Position numbers and translations under genes: made by a program. Below, one piece after another: positions 29,920 to 38,631 of a stretch of 55,432 nt of DNA (within the stretch, counting starts at the first letter, position 1; the number at the start of each line of letters is the position of its first letter). Under the pieces are notes generated by a model. The model was not told where the DNA came from, searched no databases, and saw nothing but the letters and a program-made list of their open reading frames with translations. The stretch spans positions 1 through 55,432 of the forward strand of contig JAIYBR010000058.1 of NCBI GenBank assembly GCA_027488435.1, in the 5' to 3' direction. Origin of the DNA: Flavobacteriales bacterium. GTDB taxonomy: Bacteria; Bacteroidota; Bacteroidia; Flavobacteriales_D; Sanyastnellaceae.

Positions 29920-30866
29920 CGCTTCCGAGCGACAATTGTGATGATGTCGAATAGGGTTGGCTTGTCTTCCGCATACCACATTTTTTCAGATGGCACTTTG
30001 CCTGCAATAGCATCTCTTCTTTTCGACTTATGTCGATTGAACGCCTTCCACACAGAAGGAAGAAGCGTTGCATTGTTGAGCGCTTTAACCTTCAACACAT
30101 CAACCACATCATAACCAACGCTATCGTAGTAGCGACGAAGCATGGGTATATCAAAGTAATATGTATGCTGGGCGTGAAAATGATACCACCACTTTCCAAA
30201 TAGGCGATGCCCCCACGAAGACACATCAATGGTCTGTATGACCATATGATCGCTGCTTTCCTGATACATCGCAAGCAATCGCAGATCGGCCATCGGGTCT
30301 AGTAAGTGCTCTATCACATCGGTCATTGTGATGAGTTCAATCCGCTTTAATTGTTGTTGCTCCATCCACTGCGGCACGCTATCGATGGTACCTTGATAAA
30401 CGTTTTTGAAGCCACTTACGCGAGCAGCTTCGACACACGAGGCATTGAACTCAATACCATATGCATTGAATCCTTCTCTTCGTAATACCTCCGGCAAAAG
30501 GCCATATCGAGTGCCTATATCAAGACTAACAGCTCCCGAAGCACTGGCAGCCGGTGTGTTCTTTTTTATGAGATCAACCAACGGTTTGAACTTGTGCTGT
30601 GAAATCGCCTTGTTCAAATCGATAGGCTTAGCATCCATCACGGTGTATACTTCACCGAGATGCTCGGCTTTGAAACGGGGATTCTGATAGACGAGTCCGC
30701 ATTGAGAGCATTGCACGATGGTCAGTTCAGCATTGTGATTGCCATCCCATGGAAACGTTATGTAAGCATCATGCGGATAAAAATCCTTTTCGAAATGATG
30801 CATCACTCTCTGGGATGGTGATCCACAGAAATTACATGTAACAATCGATTCCTGATGAGGATGCAT
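29916..30866 (-). CDS. Class I SAM-dependent methyltransferase with an N-terminal Cys4 zinc ribbon
   Basis: CNFCGS ... CSQCG precedes a Rossmann motif I-like segment (VSLDIGTRYGLLPEVLRREGFNAYGIE). The ORF is 316 aa. Confidence 0.8.
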   Translation of the reverse strand: MHPHQESIVTCNFCGSPSQRVMHHFEKDFYPHDAYITFPWDGNHNAELTIVQCSQCGLVYQNPRFKAEHLGEVYTVMDAKPIDLNKAISQHKFKPLVDLIKKNTPAASASGAVSLDIGTRYGLLPEVLRREGFNAYGIEFNASCVEAARVSGFKNVYQGTIDSVPQWMEQQQLKRIELITMTDVIEHLLDPMADLRLLAMYQESSDHMVIQTIDVSSWGHRLFGKWWYHFHAQHTYYFDIPMLRRYYDSVGYDVVDVLKVKALNNATLLPSVWKAFNRHKSKRRDAIAGKVPSEKMWYAEDKPTLFDIITIVARKR

Positions 30867-30875
30867 TCTGCTTTG

Positions 30876-31634
30876 TTATTCGATAACAACGTATGACTGG
30901 GCTCCACTGAACTTGTTGCGTTCGATACGCACTTTGCTCAAGCCAAGTGCTTCGCGCACTGCAACCGTTTCTCCTGGAAACTCCTTGTCGTTCAATTCAT
31001 CGAAACCTATCACCGTCCCTTTGGTAATGTATGGCTTAATGAGTTCCAAACATTTGAACGTTGGCTCATACAAAGTCATGTCGAACCAGGCAAATGCGAT
31101 AATTGTTTCCGGATGTTCCTGAAGATATTTCTCCAACTCAACAATCGCATTTCCTTTTCTGAGTGAAGTCTTTTTGATATGATTTAACGGGCTTTCGCCT
31201 TCATGAAAGTCTATGAGGTCTTGCAAATAATTCTCGTACCCTTTGGTTACCGAAAGAGAGCCACTGGCTATGATCTCATGCTCACCGTCTTTACCGGAAA
31301 GCACCGGAAAGCCCTCGAACGTATCGAAGCCAATCAACTTACGATTATGATTGAACGGCTCAAGCAAGCCACGCAAATTGCTTAGTGTAACCAGATTCTG
31401 CCCCCATCGAACACCAAACTCCATCATAACTCCGTGCACGGGTAGTATGTGATTTTGATAAAGATCGGCGAAAAATAGATGCTTGGTTAATTCCTGGCGT
31501 TTCAGAAAAAGACCTGCATTGGCGAGTATTTCATTGTCGGGTATTGGACAATTTCTCAGAGCTGCGGCCGCTTTGGCTCTTCCTGACAGTTCCGTTTCTG
31601 AGGCTAAGGTTTTAATCTTGATGTCGGTAGACAT
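30876..31634 (-). CDS. TylF/MycF-like (macrocin O-methyltransferase family) SAM-dependent methyltransferase
   Basis: I prefer the ATG at 31634 (MSTDIKIK); the ORF-track start is 31670. The motifs are MEFGVRWGQN and GFDTFEGFP, the latter matching the family motif DSFEGxP. FDM...YEPT follows later. Confidence 0.65.
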   Translation of the reverse strand: MSTDIKIKTLASETELSGRAKAAAALRNCPIPDNEILANAGLFLKRQELTKHLFFADLYQNHILPVHGVMMEFGVRWGQNLVTLSNLRGLLEPFNHNRKLIGFDTFEGFPVLSGKDGEHEIIASGSLSVTKGYENYLQDLIDFHEGESPLNHIKKTSLRKGNAIVELEKYLQEHPETIIAFAWFDMTLYEPTFKCLELIKPYITKGTVIGFDELNDKEFPGETVAVREALGLSKVRIERNKFSGAQSYVVIE

Positions 31635-31763
31635 GGTGAAAAGGTTATGATTGCGCCCGTAAAGATACATGCTTACCCGAGCAAGTAATTACGGAAATGC
31701 AGATTGGCTCGTTTGTGCTCAAATCACTTACTTTTGACCAACCTCAATCAAACCTGTCCAATT

Positions 31764-32465
31764 ATGTTTGTTATCTCTGAAATTTTCCCACAACACGGTG
31801 GCAGCCTGGCAGTAGCCGAGCAAATGATTCTTCAAAGTAAGCTTGCCGGAGCCGACGCCATCAAAGTTCAACTCTATACCGCTACACAATTTGGTGCGGA
31901 GCGTGCCTATCTCGAATTGAGTAAAGATGGCTTAAAGCGACTGAGCGATTACGCCAAAACCATTGGTATTCCGTTGTTCGCTACACCATTCACGATGGAA
32001 AGGCTCGACTGGTGTTTGGAATTGGATCTGCCTTATTTGAAAGTTGCGGCCCGCATGCACAAAGAGTTTCCTGAACTCACCGCTGCAATAATGAGCCACA
32101 AGAAACCCACCTTTGTGAGCATTCCTTCCGATACCAATCCGGATGAAATAGAAAAGTTCGATCATGCCACTTACCTTTATTGCGTAGTGAAATACCCAAC
32201 ACGAGTTGACGAATTTTCAATGCCTGACTTCAATAACTCGATTTTCCATGGTATAAGCGATCATACGCTTGGCAACGCAGGAGCACTCTTCGCTGCAGCC
32301 CATGGAGCCAAGTACCTTGAGAAACATTTCACGCTTCGTAAGTCTTTTCAATATGAAACCGAGAAGGCGCACCTTGGAAGCATGGACATGAACGATCTCA
32401 TGGAAATCAAAAACACCGCATTCGAATTCGAACGTATTCGGAAAGTACTCGGCTATGACAAATGA
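31764..32465 (+). CDS. NeuB/PseI-family nonulosonic-acid synthase TIM-barrel domain only (no SAF domain)
   Basis: The ATG at 31764 gives MFVISEIFPQHGGSLAVAEQMILQSKLAGADAIKVQLY, which fits the NeuB pattern iaEig.NH.G.l..A..li..A...GADavKfQ. Metal-site motifs GISDHTLG and EKHFTL are present. The protein ends at 233 aa, before any SAF domain could occur. Confidence 0.75.
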   Translation: MFVISEIFPQHGGSLAVAEQMILQSKLAGADAIKVQLYTATQFGAERAYLELSKDGLKRLSDYAKTIGIPLFATPFTMERLDWCLELDLPYLKVAARMHKEFPELTAAIMSHKKPTFVSIPSDTNPDEIEKFDHATYLYCVVKYPTRVDEFSMPDFNNSIFHGISDHTLGNAGALFAAAHGAKYLEKHFTLRKSFQYETEKAHLGSMDMNDLMEIKNTAFEFERIRKVLGYDK

Positions 32466-33777
32466 GCTGAAAGGCGTCATTCGTAAATATTATGAGATAG
32501 AGAGAGCGTGGACAGGGAGCGATAAAAACTCGAATGAATACCTGGCTGCGGTTTGTCTGTTCGAATATCCATCGTATCGGCTGCTCGACTCCGATAAACG
32601 CGATCGCCTAATAGGCTTCCGTTTGCTGGTGCGCACGTTGCGGCGCATGCTCTCTTCCGGTAATGGTAAGACCGAGATAAATCCGGAGGCCAAGGCGCTT
32701 GTCATCGGCAGTTCAAAAAATACGAACGACATCATTCAGTACATCTCAAGATCTGGCAAAACAACTTTGCATACCTACTTCGATCGCGACCACATGTCGT
32801 TGGGCGATTTTGGAAAATGGCTTCCGACTTTAGCGTGGCTTCCCTACGCGTTACGCCAATCGTTTCGTTGCATATTCAGTCAATATCGAAGTGCTATTGC
32901 GCTTACGATTGCAGAGATACCGGAAATCGCTTTTACACTTGAATTCGCCAAGAGAAATAGCATTTCGATGCTGTATGATTTTCTTCCTTACGAGGTCGAC
33001 AGCAATTTTATGTACTTGGTTTTTCGAGCGAATAATATTGGTGTCTTCAAGATACCATCTTCGGGGCCGCTGGCTACGCACCATAAAATACTGCTGTCCG
33101 ATTTCATTGCGGTTAGCACGCCCTATCACCTGGAAGAAATTCGAAAGTTCAGTTCTACTATGCGCATTGGTGACCACGCTTTGTGGCCACCCGAAAAAGC
33201 GCACATGTATTTTCATAGATACAAAAACAATCGGGACTGGGAGGAGAATAATACCATTGGATTTTACAGTCATGGCGAATGGATTCGCAAGGCAGAGAAA
33301 CAATCGGACTATGGCGGAAGAATCGGTGATGCAGAGGAAGCTATTCTGCGCATGCTGGGTAATCTCGTACGCAAAAACCCAACGCTAAAGCTGCGAATTT
33401 TCCCGCATCCGCGCGAATTAAAACCCGACAAGCGCGATGAAATGTATGCCCATTACGCGAAATGCATCGGGCATGAAGCGTTTGAAGTCTTTACCCAGCC
33501 AGGAGGCACGTCGCAGCATTTTGCAAAAGCTGAAATTGCTATTGCCGCATTCAGTACAATCCTTTATGAGCGCTTATATAGCGGCTATAAAACACTCATC
33601 GGAAACATGTTCATTTTTGAGTTTCCTATGAATCAAAGCTCCCTAAATTCCATCTGCTTTAAAACAGAAGTCGAACTGGAAGAAATGCTCAACCGTTTTG
33701 GAAACATAGACGCCGATAGTTTCTTTGCGTTAACCGGTTTGGTAGATTATCGCATGGACTCCTATCCCGAACCATAA
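32455..33777 (+). CDS. Hypothetical 440-aa soluble protein, possible GT-B-like CMP/CDP-sugar transferase
   Basis: The ORF is long and clean, and its start overlaps the NeuB-like gene by 11 nt. I recognise no family. The C-terminal half contains LRIFPHPRE and AAFSTILYERL. Confidence 0.6.
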   Translation: MTNELKGVIRKYYEIERAWTGSDKNSNEYLAAVCLFEYPSYRLLDSDKRDRLIGFRLLVRTLRRMLSSGNGKTEINPEAKALVIGSSKNTNDIIQYISRSGKTTLHTYFDRDHMSLGDFGKWLPTLAWLPYALRQSFRCIFSQYRSAIALTIAEIPEIAFTLEFAKRNSISMLYDFLPYEVDSNFMYLVFRANNIGVFKIPSSGPLATHHKILLSDFIAVSTPYHLEEIRKFSSTMRIGDHALWPPEKAHMYFHRYKNNRDWEENNTIGFYSHGEWIRKAEKQSDYGGRIGDAEEAILRMLGNLVRKNPTLKLRIFPHPRELKPDKRDEMYAHYAKCIGHEAFEVFTQPGGTSQHFAKAEIAIAAFSTILYERLYSGYKTLIGNMFIFEFPMNQSSLNSICFKTEVELEEMLNRFGNIDADSFFALTGLVDYRMDSYPEP

Positions 33778-33783
33778 TAAAAT

Positions 33784-35019
33784 ATGAATATCCTGCTCAT
33801 CAATTATGACTTTCCGCCCAACCCGGGTATAGGCGGCAGGCGATGGGCGAAGCTTGCGAAACACCTTGCATTGAAAGGGCATCGCATTCATGTCGTGAAG
33901 TCTGATTCACCTTTATCACCTATGCAATCGACCTGGCTGCAGGATGTACTTCATCCGAACATTCAAGTGTATAGTGCCGCCAGAAAATATCCCAGTGCAC
34001 TTTCGCATCCGCAAAAAGGATTAGTCGGAAAAATCAAATTTCACGCTCAAAAGCGACTCATGCAATGGCGTGAAAAGGGCACCATTTACGATCAATCGAT
34101 TGGGTGGCAAAAAACCATGCTCCCTGTTTGCAGAGAAATTCTCAAGACGGAAAAAATAGACGCCATCATTGCGACAGGCGCTCCATGGAACCTACTGGTA
34201 TATGCCGCTCAGCTCAAGCTCGAGTTTCCGAGTGCCAGGCTTTTGGTCGATTATCGCGACCCATGGCTGACTGCTAAAAACTATGGCATGGCCGCATTAA
34301 AAGATGCGCGCATGAAAGCAGAAATCAAAAAACAACAGTTCGTTTTCGAACAAGCCGACGTTGTGACAACGCCCTACGAATATTTAACCGAAGAACTTCA
34401 GCATTGGAGTAGCGAACGATGCTCACACCAACCCCGTTTTATCACACTCGCACATTTCTTCGATAGTGATGATTTTGATTTTAGAAAAGCAGACTCCCGC
34501 CATTCGAACGTTTTCAGAGTTGTATACGCAGGCGATGTTTACATTGGAAGTGAAAACCAATGGAAGCAATTTCAGAAGCTGATCGCATGGATCGAGGCAA
34601 AGCTTCCTTCTGAGCATCGGTTGCAGTTGGATCTCTACACCAGCGCAAAGATGCCTTCCTTTATATCAAGCATGAAAAACGTGCGCATTCATGCGCCTAT
34701 CGGGAAGAACATATTCCATATAATGAGCGAAGCAGATGCCTTGCTCATCGTTCTTCCGGAGAACAAACGAAACGAGCGCACTACAAAATTTTTCGAATAC
34801 TTACCGCTTCGCAAACCCATGTTGATCATTGCTCCACGTGGTGAAGTTACCAGCTTTGTGGAAGAGCATTCGCTTGGCGTTCATGTATCGCAATCCGAAG
34901 ATATTTTGACTTCATTTTTCACTGGCGACTTTAACAGAAAAACATTCAACGGTCAGTTTGCACTGCAATCGCATACGGCAGAGAGCAGAGCCAACGAAGT
35001 AATTTCTCTACTGTCATGA
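33784..35019 (+). CDS. Glycosyltransferase (GT-B, GT4-like)
   Basis: The N-terminus reads MNILLINYDFPPNPGIGGRRWAKLAKHLALKGHRIHVV. The ORF is 411 aa. Confidence 0.8.
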   Translation: MNILLINYDFPPNPGIGGRRWAKLAKHLALKGHRIHVVKSDSPLSPMQSTWLQDVLHPNIQVYSAARKYPSALSHPQKGLVGKIKFHAQKRLMQWREKGTIYDQSIGWQKTMLPVCREILKTEKIDAIIATGAPWNLLVYAAQLKLEFPSARLLVDYRDPWLTAKNYGMAALKDARMKAEIKKQQFVFEQADVVTTPYEYLTEELQHWSSERCSHQPRFITLAHFFDSDDFDFRKADSRHSNVFRVVYAGDVYIGSENQWKQFQKLIAWIEAKLPSEHRLQLDLYTSAKMPSFISSMKNVRIHAPIGKNIFHIMSEADALLIVLPENKRNERTTKFFEYLPLRKPMLIIAPRGEVTSFVEEHSLGVHVSQSEDILTSFFTGDFNRKTFNGQFALQSHTAESRANEVISLLS

Positions 35020-36194
35020 AAATTGTTTACTTCAGTCCACATCCGCACATCAATCTGGCCGCGCCCAGCGGGCCAGGCACGCACATGCGCGAGGTGATTG
35101 CGGCGTTTGAAGAACAGGGTCATGAAGTCGTTCGGTTTATTCAGGGCGGAGAAAAACTCAACACAACCGATACAAGAATCGACTTTAAAAAGAGGTCTTG
35201 GAAAAAATTCATCCCTTCCTTGATTTGGGAAACCTTGCGTGACATTCAAATGATTCGATTGGACAAGCAAATTGAAAATCGCATACTAGCATTTCTTCTG
35301 CAAGAAAAACCCGACCTCATCTATGAGCGCAGTTGCTATGGTATGGGAGCCGGCATGCGGGCTGCAGAGAAACTTGGAATTCGCTATGTCGTTGAAATGA
35401 ATGCGCCCTACCCCGAAGAAAAAGCACTCATGCAAGGTAAAAGCTTGCTTCAGGAAATAGGAACTCGGCATGAAAAAAAACAGGTACTTCAAGCCCATCG
35501 AACGATTGTAGTGTCGACCGCCATGAAGAGTTATCTCATGCAAAAGACTCAGGTCAGTGCTGATAAAATTCTTGTTGTAGCCAACGCTGTTAATCCGTCA
35601 CACATTCACTTCAATCCAACCCGTCAAGCGCACATAAGAGAAAGTTATGGCTTCACATCATCGCACACGGTCTTTGGCTTTGTTGGATCCATATTTCCCT
35701 ATCACGGAGTTGATATCCTGATTGAATCTTTTGCTACTCTAGAAAAAGAATACACCGATGCACGCATGCTGATTGTTGGCGATGGTGAAATACTGCCACA
35801 ACTTCGCAGGCGCGTTACCGAATTAACCCTTGAGGACAAAATACACTTCACCGGTAATGTGCCACATTCGGAAGTATACGATTATCTGTCGGTGATGGAT
35901 GTGACTGTGATGGCTCGCAGCAATTGGTATGGTTCACCCGTGAAAATTTTCGAATACGGTGCCATGCAGAAAGCGATTATCGCACCTCGTGTTATTCCGG
36001 TCCAGGATGTAATGGAAAATGAAATCGACGGACTTCTTATCGAGGCCCAAGAAAAAGAGCTCACCAATAGCATGCGTTTCATGCTGAACAATCCACAAGA
36101 ACGCCATCGGATGGCTGTAACTTTTCATGATAAAGTTATGCGTGAACACACCTGGAAACGTGTAGCTGAACAAATTCTGGATTCCTGTCAATGA
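35016..36194 (+). CDS. Glycosyltransferase family 4
   Basis: The ORF is 392 aa and has a 4-nt overlap with the upstream gene. The C-terminal half reads GFVGSIFPYHGVD...GSPVKIFEYGAMQKAIIAP, an E-x7-E-like region. Confidence 0.85.
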   Translation: MKIVYFSPHPHINLAAPSGPGTHMREVIAAFEEQGHEVVRFIQGGEKLNTTDTRIDFKKRSWKKFIPSLIWETLRDIQMIRLDKQIENRILAFLLQEKPDLIYERSCYGMGAGMRAAEKLGIRYVVEMNAPYPEEKALMQGKSLLQEIGTRHEKKQVLQAHRTIVVSTAMKSYLMQKTQVSADKILVVANAVNPSHIHFNPTRQAHIRESYGFTSSHTVFGFVGSIFPYHGVDILIESFATLEKEYTDARMLIVGDGEILPQLRRRVTELTLEDKIHFTGNVPHSEVYDYLSVMDVTVMARSNWYGSPVKIFEYGAMQKAIIAPRVIPVQDVMENEIDGLLIEAQEKELTNSMRFMLNNPQERHRMAVTFHDKVMREHTWKRVAEQILDSCQ

Positions 36195-37348
36195 ACATAC
36201 TAATTGTAACCGACGGCATTACGCCCTTCGTCATTGGAGGCATGCAAAAGCACAGCTATAACCTCACGCGCCAGCTAGCGTTGCAAGGTCATCGCGTTAC
36301 CTTGTTTCACTGTGTGACCGGCAAGAATAAATTGCCGGAGCGGGAAGAGATACACTCCTTATTCGGAGCAGCTGCCATGAAAAATCTGGAATCCATTTGC
36401 CTGCGATTTCCGGCGCCATCGTGGTATCCCGGACACTATCTGAAAGAGTCGTATCTCTACTCTCGCATGGTTTACAAGCGGATCGAAACGCGATTGGCGG
36501 AGTTTGATTTTATCTACGCGAAAGGTTTCACTGCATGGTACTTTCTGGAACAGAAAAAACGCGGTGTCAAAATGCCTCCCGTTGGAATAAAATTCCATGG
36601 ATACGAGATGTTTCAGCCACCCGTGGGATTGCGAATGCGTCTTGAAAACAACATGCTCGCATCACCCGTGAAATGGAATAACCGTCAGGCCGATGTGGTT
36701 TTCTCGTACGGTGGAAAAATCACTTCACTCATTGAAAGCCTGGAAGTAGATCGAAAAAAAATAATTGAAATCCCAACCGGCATCGACCCAGAGTGGATTT
36801 CAGCAACCGTACCGGCATACGCTGAGCATCGAATTCAATTCTGCTTTATCGGTCGCAACGAACGTCGAAAAGGAATTGAAGAGTTGCACAAGGCCATTGA
36901 GTTGCTGCCGGCCAATGAATTTCAGTTTCATTTCATCGGACCTATTCCCGGAAGCACGCAGTTGAAGCAGTCCAATGTAAAGTATCACGGAGCATTGCGC
37001 GAAGCAAATCAGATCAAGGAAATTATGGACCAATGCCAGGTGCTGGTTACACCTTCCCATTCGGAAGGCATGCCAAATGTGATCATGGAAGGCATGGCCA
37101 GAGGCTTAGCCATTGTGGCGACACCCGTAGGCGCAATCGAATCGGTCGTTGACAATGAAAACGGCTGGCTGATTCAGCCCGGAAATGTTCATGAGCTTGC
37201 AGGTATTTTAACGAGTATCATTGCATCTTCACAAGCCGATATAGCTCGAAAACAAGAAGCCTCGTTGCGTCGCATTGCTTCGTATACATGGGACAACATA
37301 GCCAGGCAAACCGCAGAATCGATTGGGAAGTTTTGCCAAGCCCATTAA
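36191..37348 (+). CDS. Glycosyltransferase family 4
   Basis: The ORF is 385 aa and has a 4-nt overlap with the upstream gene. It contains GGMQKHSYNLTRQLALQGHRVTLF and PSHSEGMPNVIMEGMARGLAIVATPVG. Confidence 0.85.
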   Translation: MNILIVTDGITPFVIGGMQKHSYNLTRQLALQGHRVTLFHCVTGKNKLPEREEIHSLFGAAAMKNLESICLRFPAPSWYPGHYLKESYLYSRMVYKRIETRLAEFDFIYAKGFTAWYFLEQKKRGVKMPPVGIKFHGYEMFQPPVGLRMRLENNMLASPVKWNNRQADVVFSYGGKITSLIESLEVDRKKIIEIPTGIDPEWISATVPAYAEHRIQFCFIGRNERRKGIEELHKAIELLPANEFQFHFIGPIPGSTQLKQSNVKYHGALREANQIKEIMDQCQVLVTPSHSEGMPNVIMEGMARGLAIVATPVGAIESVVDNENGWLIQPGNVHELAGILTSIIASSQADIARKQEASLRRIASYTWDNIARQTAESIGKFCQAH

Positions 37349-37363
37349 ATTCGCATCACCCTT

Positions 37364-38629
37364 ATGACCAAGACCTATTTCCCCGGACTCAATGCATTGC
37401 GCTTTTTCGCTGCTATGGCGGTGATGATTACGCATGTTGAGTTCACCAAAAAGGTCATGTTGCATGGCGATCGTTTCTGGCTGAAGATTGATTCTTGGAT
37501 TCAAGAGAACGCACTAACCTCCATTCTTCGCGACGGCCCGCCACAACCGATTCATTGGGTTAGTCCTTTTGTCACTTTCGGGGGCTATATCGGTGTCATT
37601 TTCTTTTTTGTGCTTAGCGGATTTCTGATTACGTATCTCTTGTTAGAGGAAAAGCGAATAAGCAATACAGTCGAGGTTAAGAAATTTTACATGCGTCGCA
37701 TTTTGCGCATCTGGCCATTGTATTACTTCCTGGTGATACTGGGCTTTTTCGTTTTGCATCACATACCGCTCTTCGAAGTCATTTCCCAAGAAGATGAGTT
37801 CTTCAAACACTACTGGCTCAATTTCATTTCGTATATTTTCCTTTTGCCCAACATGAGCTTTGCTTTTGTAATGGAGGCCGTGCCCAACCTCGGGCATCTC
37901 TGGAGCATCGGAGTTGAAGAGCAATTCTACCTGCTGTGGCCGCTGCTGCTCAAGTTTAGTAAAAAACCCATGCGCACGCTTTGGACATTTCTCATCGGAG
38001 TTCTTGCATTCAAACTCATTTCCTTACTGGCCATACGTGTTTTCTTTCCGGGGCCGCCTCCCGATCCCGATCTTATGATTTTTTCTCCGGTTGAAACGTT
38101 CAAGCGCTTTGTCGGGTCGCTGAAGTTCGAGGCGATGGCCATTGGAGGCATTGGTGCAGGGTGGGTGTTTTACAAGCGCGAAAAATTGCTTCAGTTCCTC
38201 TATCTGAAAGCAGTGCAATGGGCTGCGCTTCTGGCAATTCCGGTTATCGTGCTATTGACTCCGGTTAAACTTTATTCAGCGCTCTATTTACTGTTTAGCG
38301 TGCCGTTTTTGGTTATCATCCTCAACGTAGCTACTAATCCAACTTGTGTTTATCGCCTTCAAGGGCGTGTGCTCAACTATTTGGGGAAAATATCTTACGG
38401 CATTTACATGTATCACCTTATTTGCATCGCATTCGTGTTTCATGTTCTCGACTACTGGATTGATTTCCCGCTGCGACTCGAAGGATGGCACAGCGCGCTG
38501 CTTTACGCATTTTCTATCCCGTTGACCTTAGGTGTTTCCGCCCTGAGTTATCATTACCTGGAATATCCTTTTATCCGAAAGAAGCGTACCTTCACCACCG
38601 TAATAAGTGGCGACGACGCGCGTGATTAA
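37364..38629 (+). CDS. Acyltransferase family 3 (OafA/WecH-like O-acyltransferase), integral membrane
   Basis: The N-terminus is FPGLNALRFFAAMAVMITHVE. About 10 TM segments are apparent over 421 aa. Confidence 0.85.
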   Translation: MTKTYFPGLNALRFFAAMAVMITHVEFTKKVMLHGDRFWLKIDSWIQENALTSILRDGPPQPIHWVSPFVTFGGYIGVIFFFVLSGFLITYLLLEEKRISNTVEVKKFYMRRILRIWPLYYFLVILGFFVLHHIPLFEVISQEDEFFKHYWLNFISYIFLLPNMSFAFVMEAVPNLGHLWSIGVEEQFYLLWPLLLKFSKKPMRTLWTFLIGVLAFKLISLLAIRVFFPGPPPDPDLMIFSPVETFKRFVGSLKFEAMAIGGIGAGWVFYKREKLLQFLYLKAVQWAALLAIPVIVLLTPVKLYSALYLLFSVPFLVIILNVATNPTCVYRLQGRVLNYLGKISYGIYMYHLICIAFVFHVLDYWIDFPLRLEGWHSALLYAFSIPLTLGVSALSYHYLEYPFIRKKRTFTTVISGDDARD

Positions 38630-38631
38630 AC

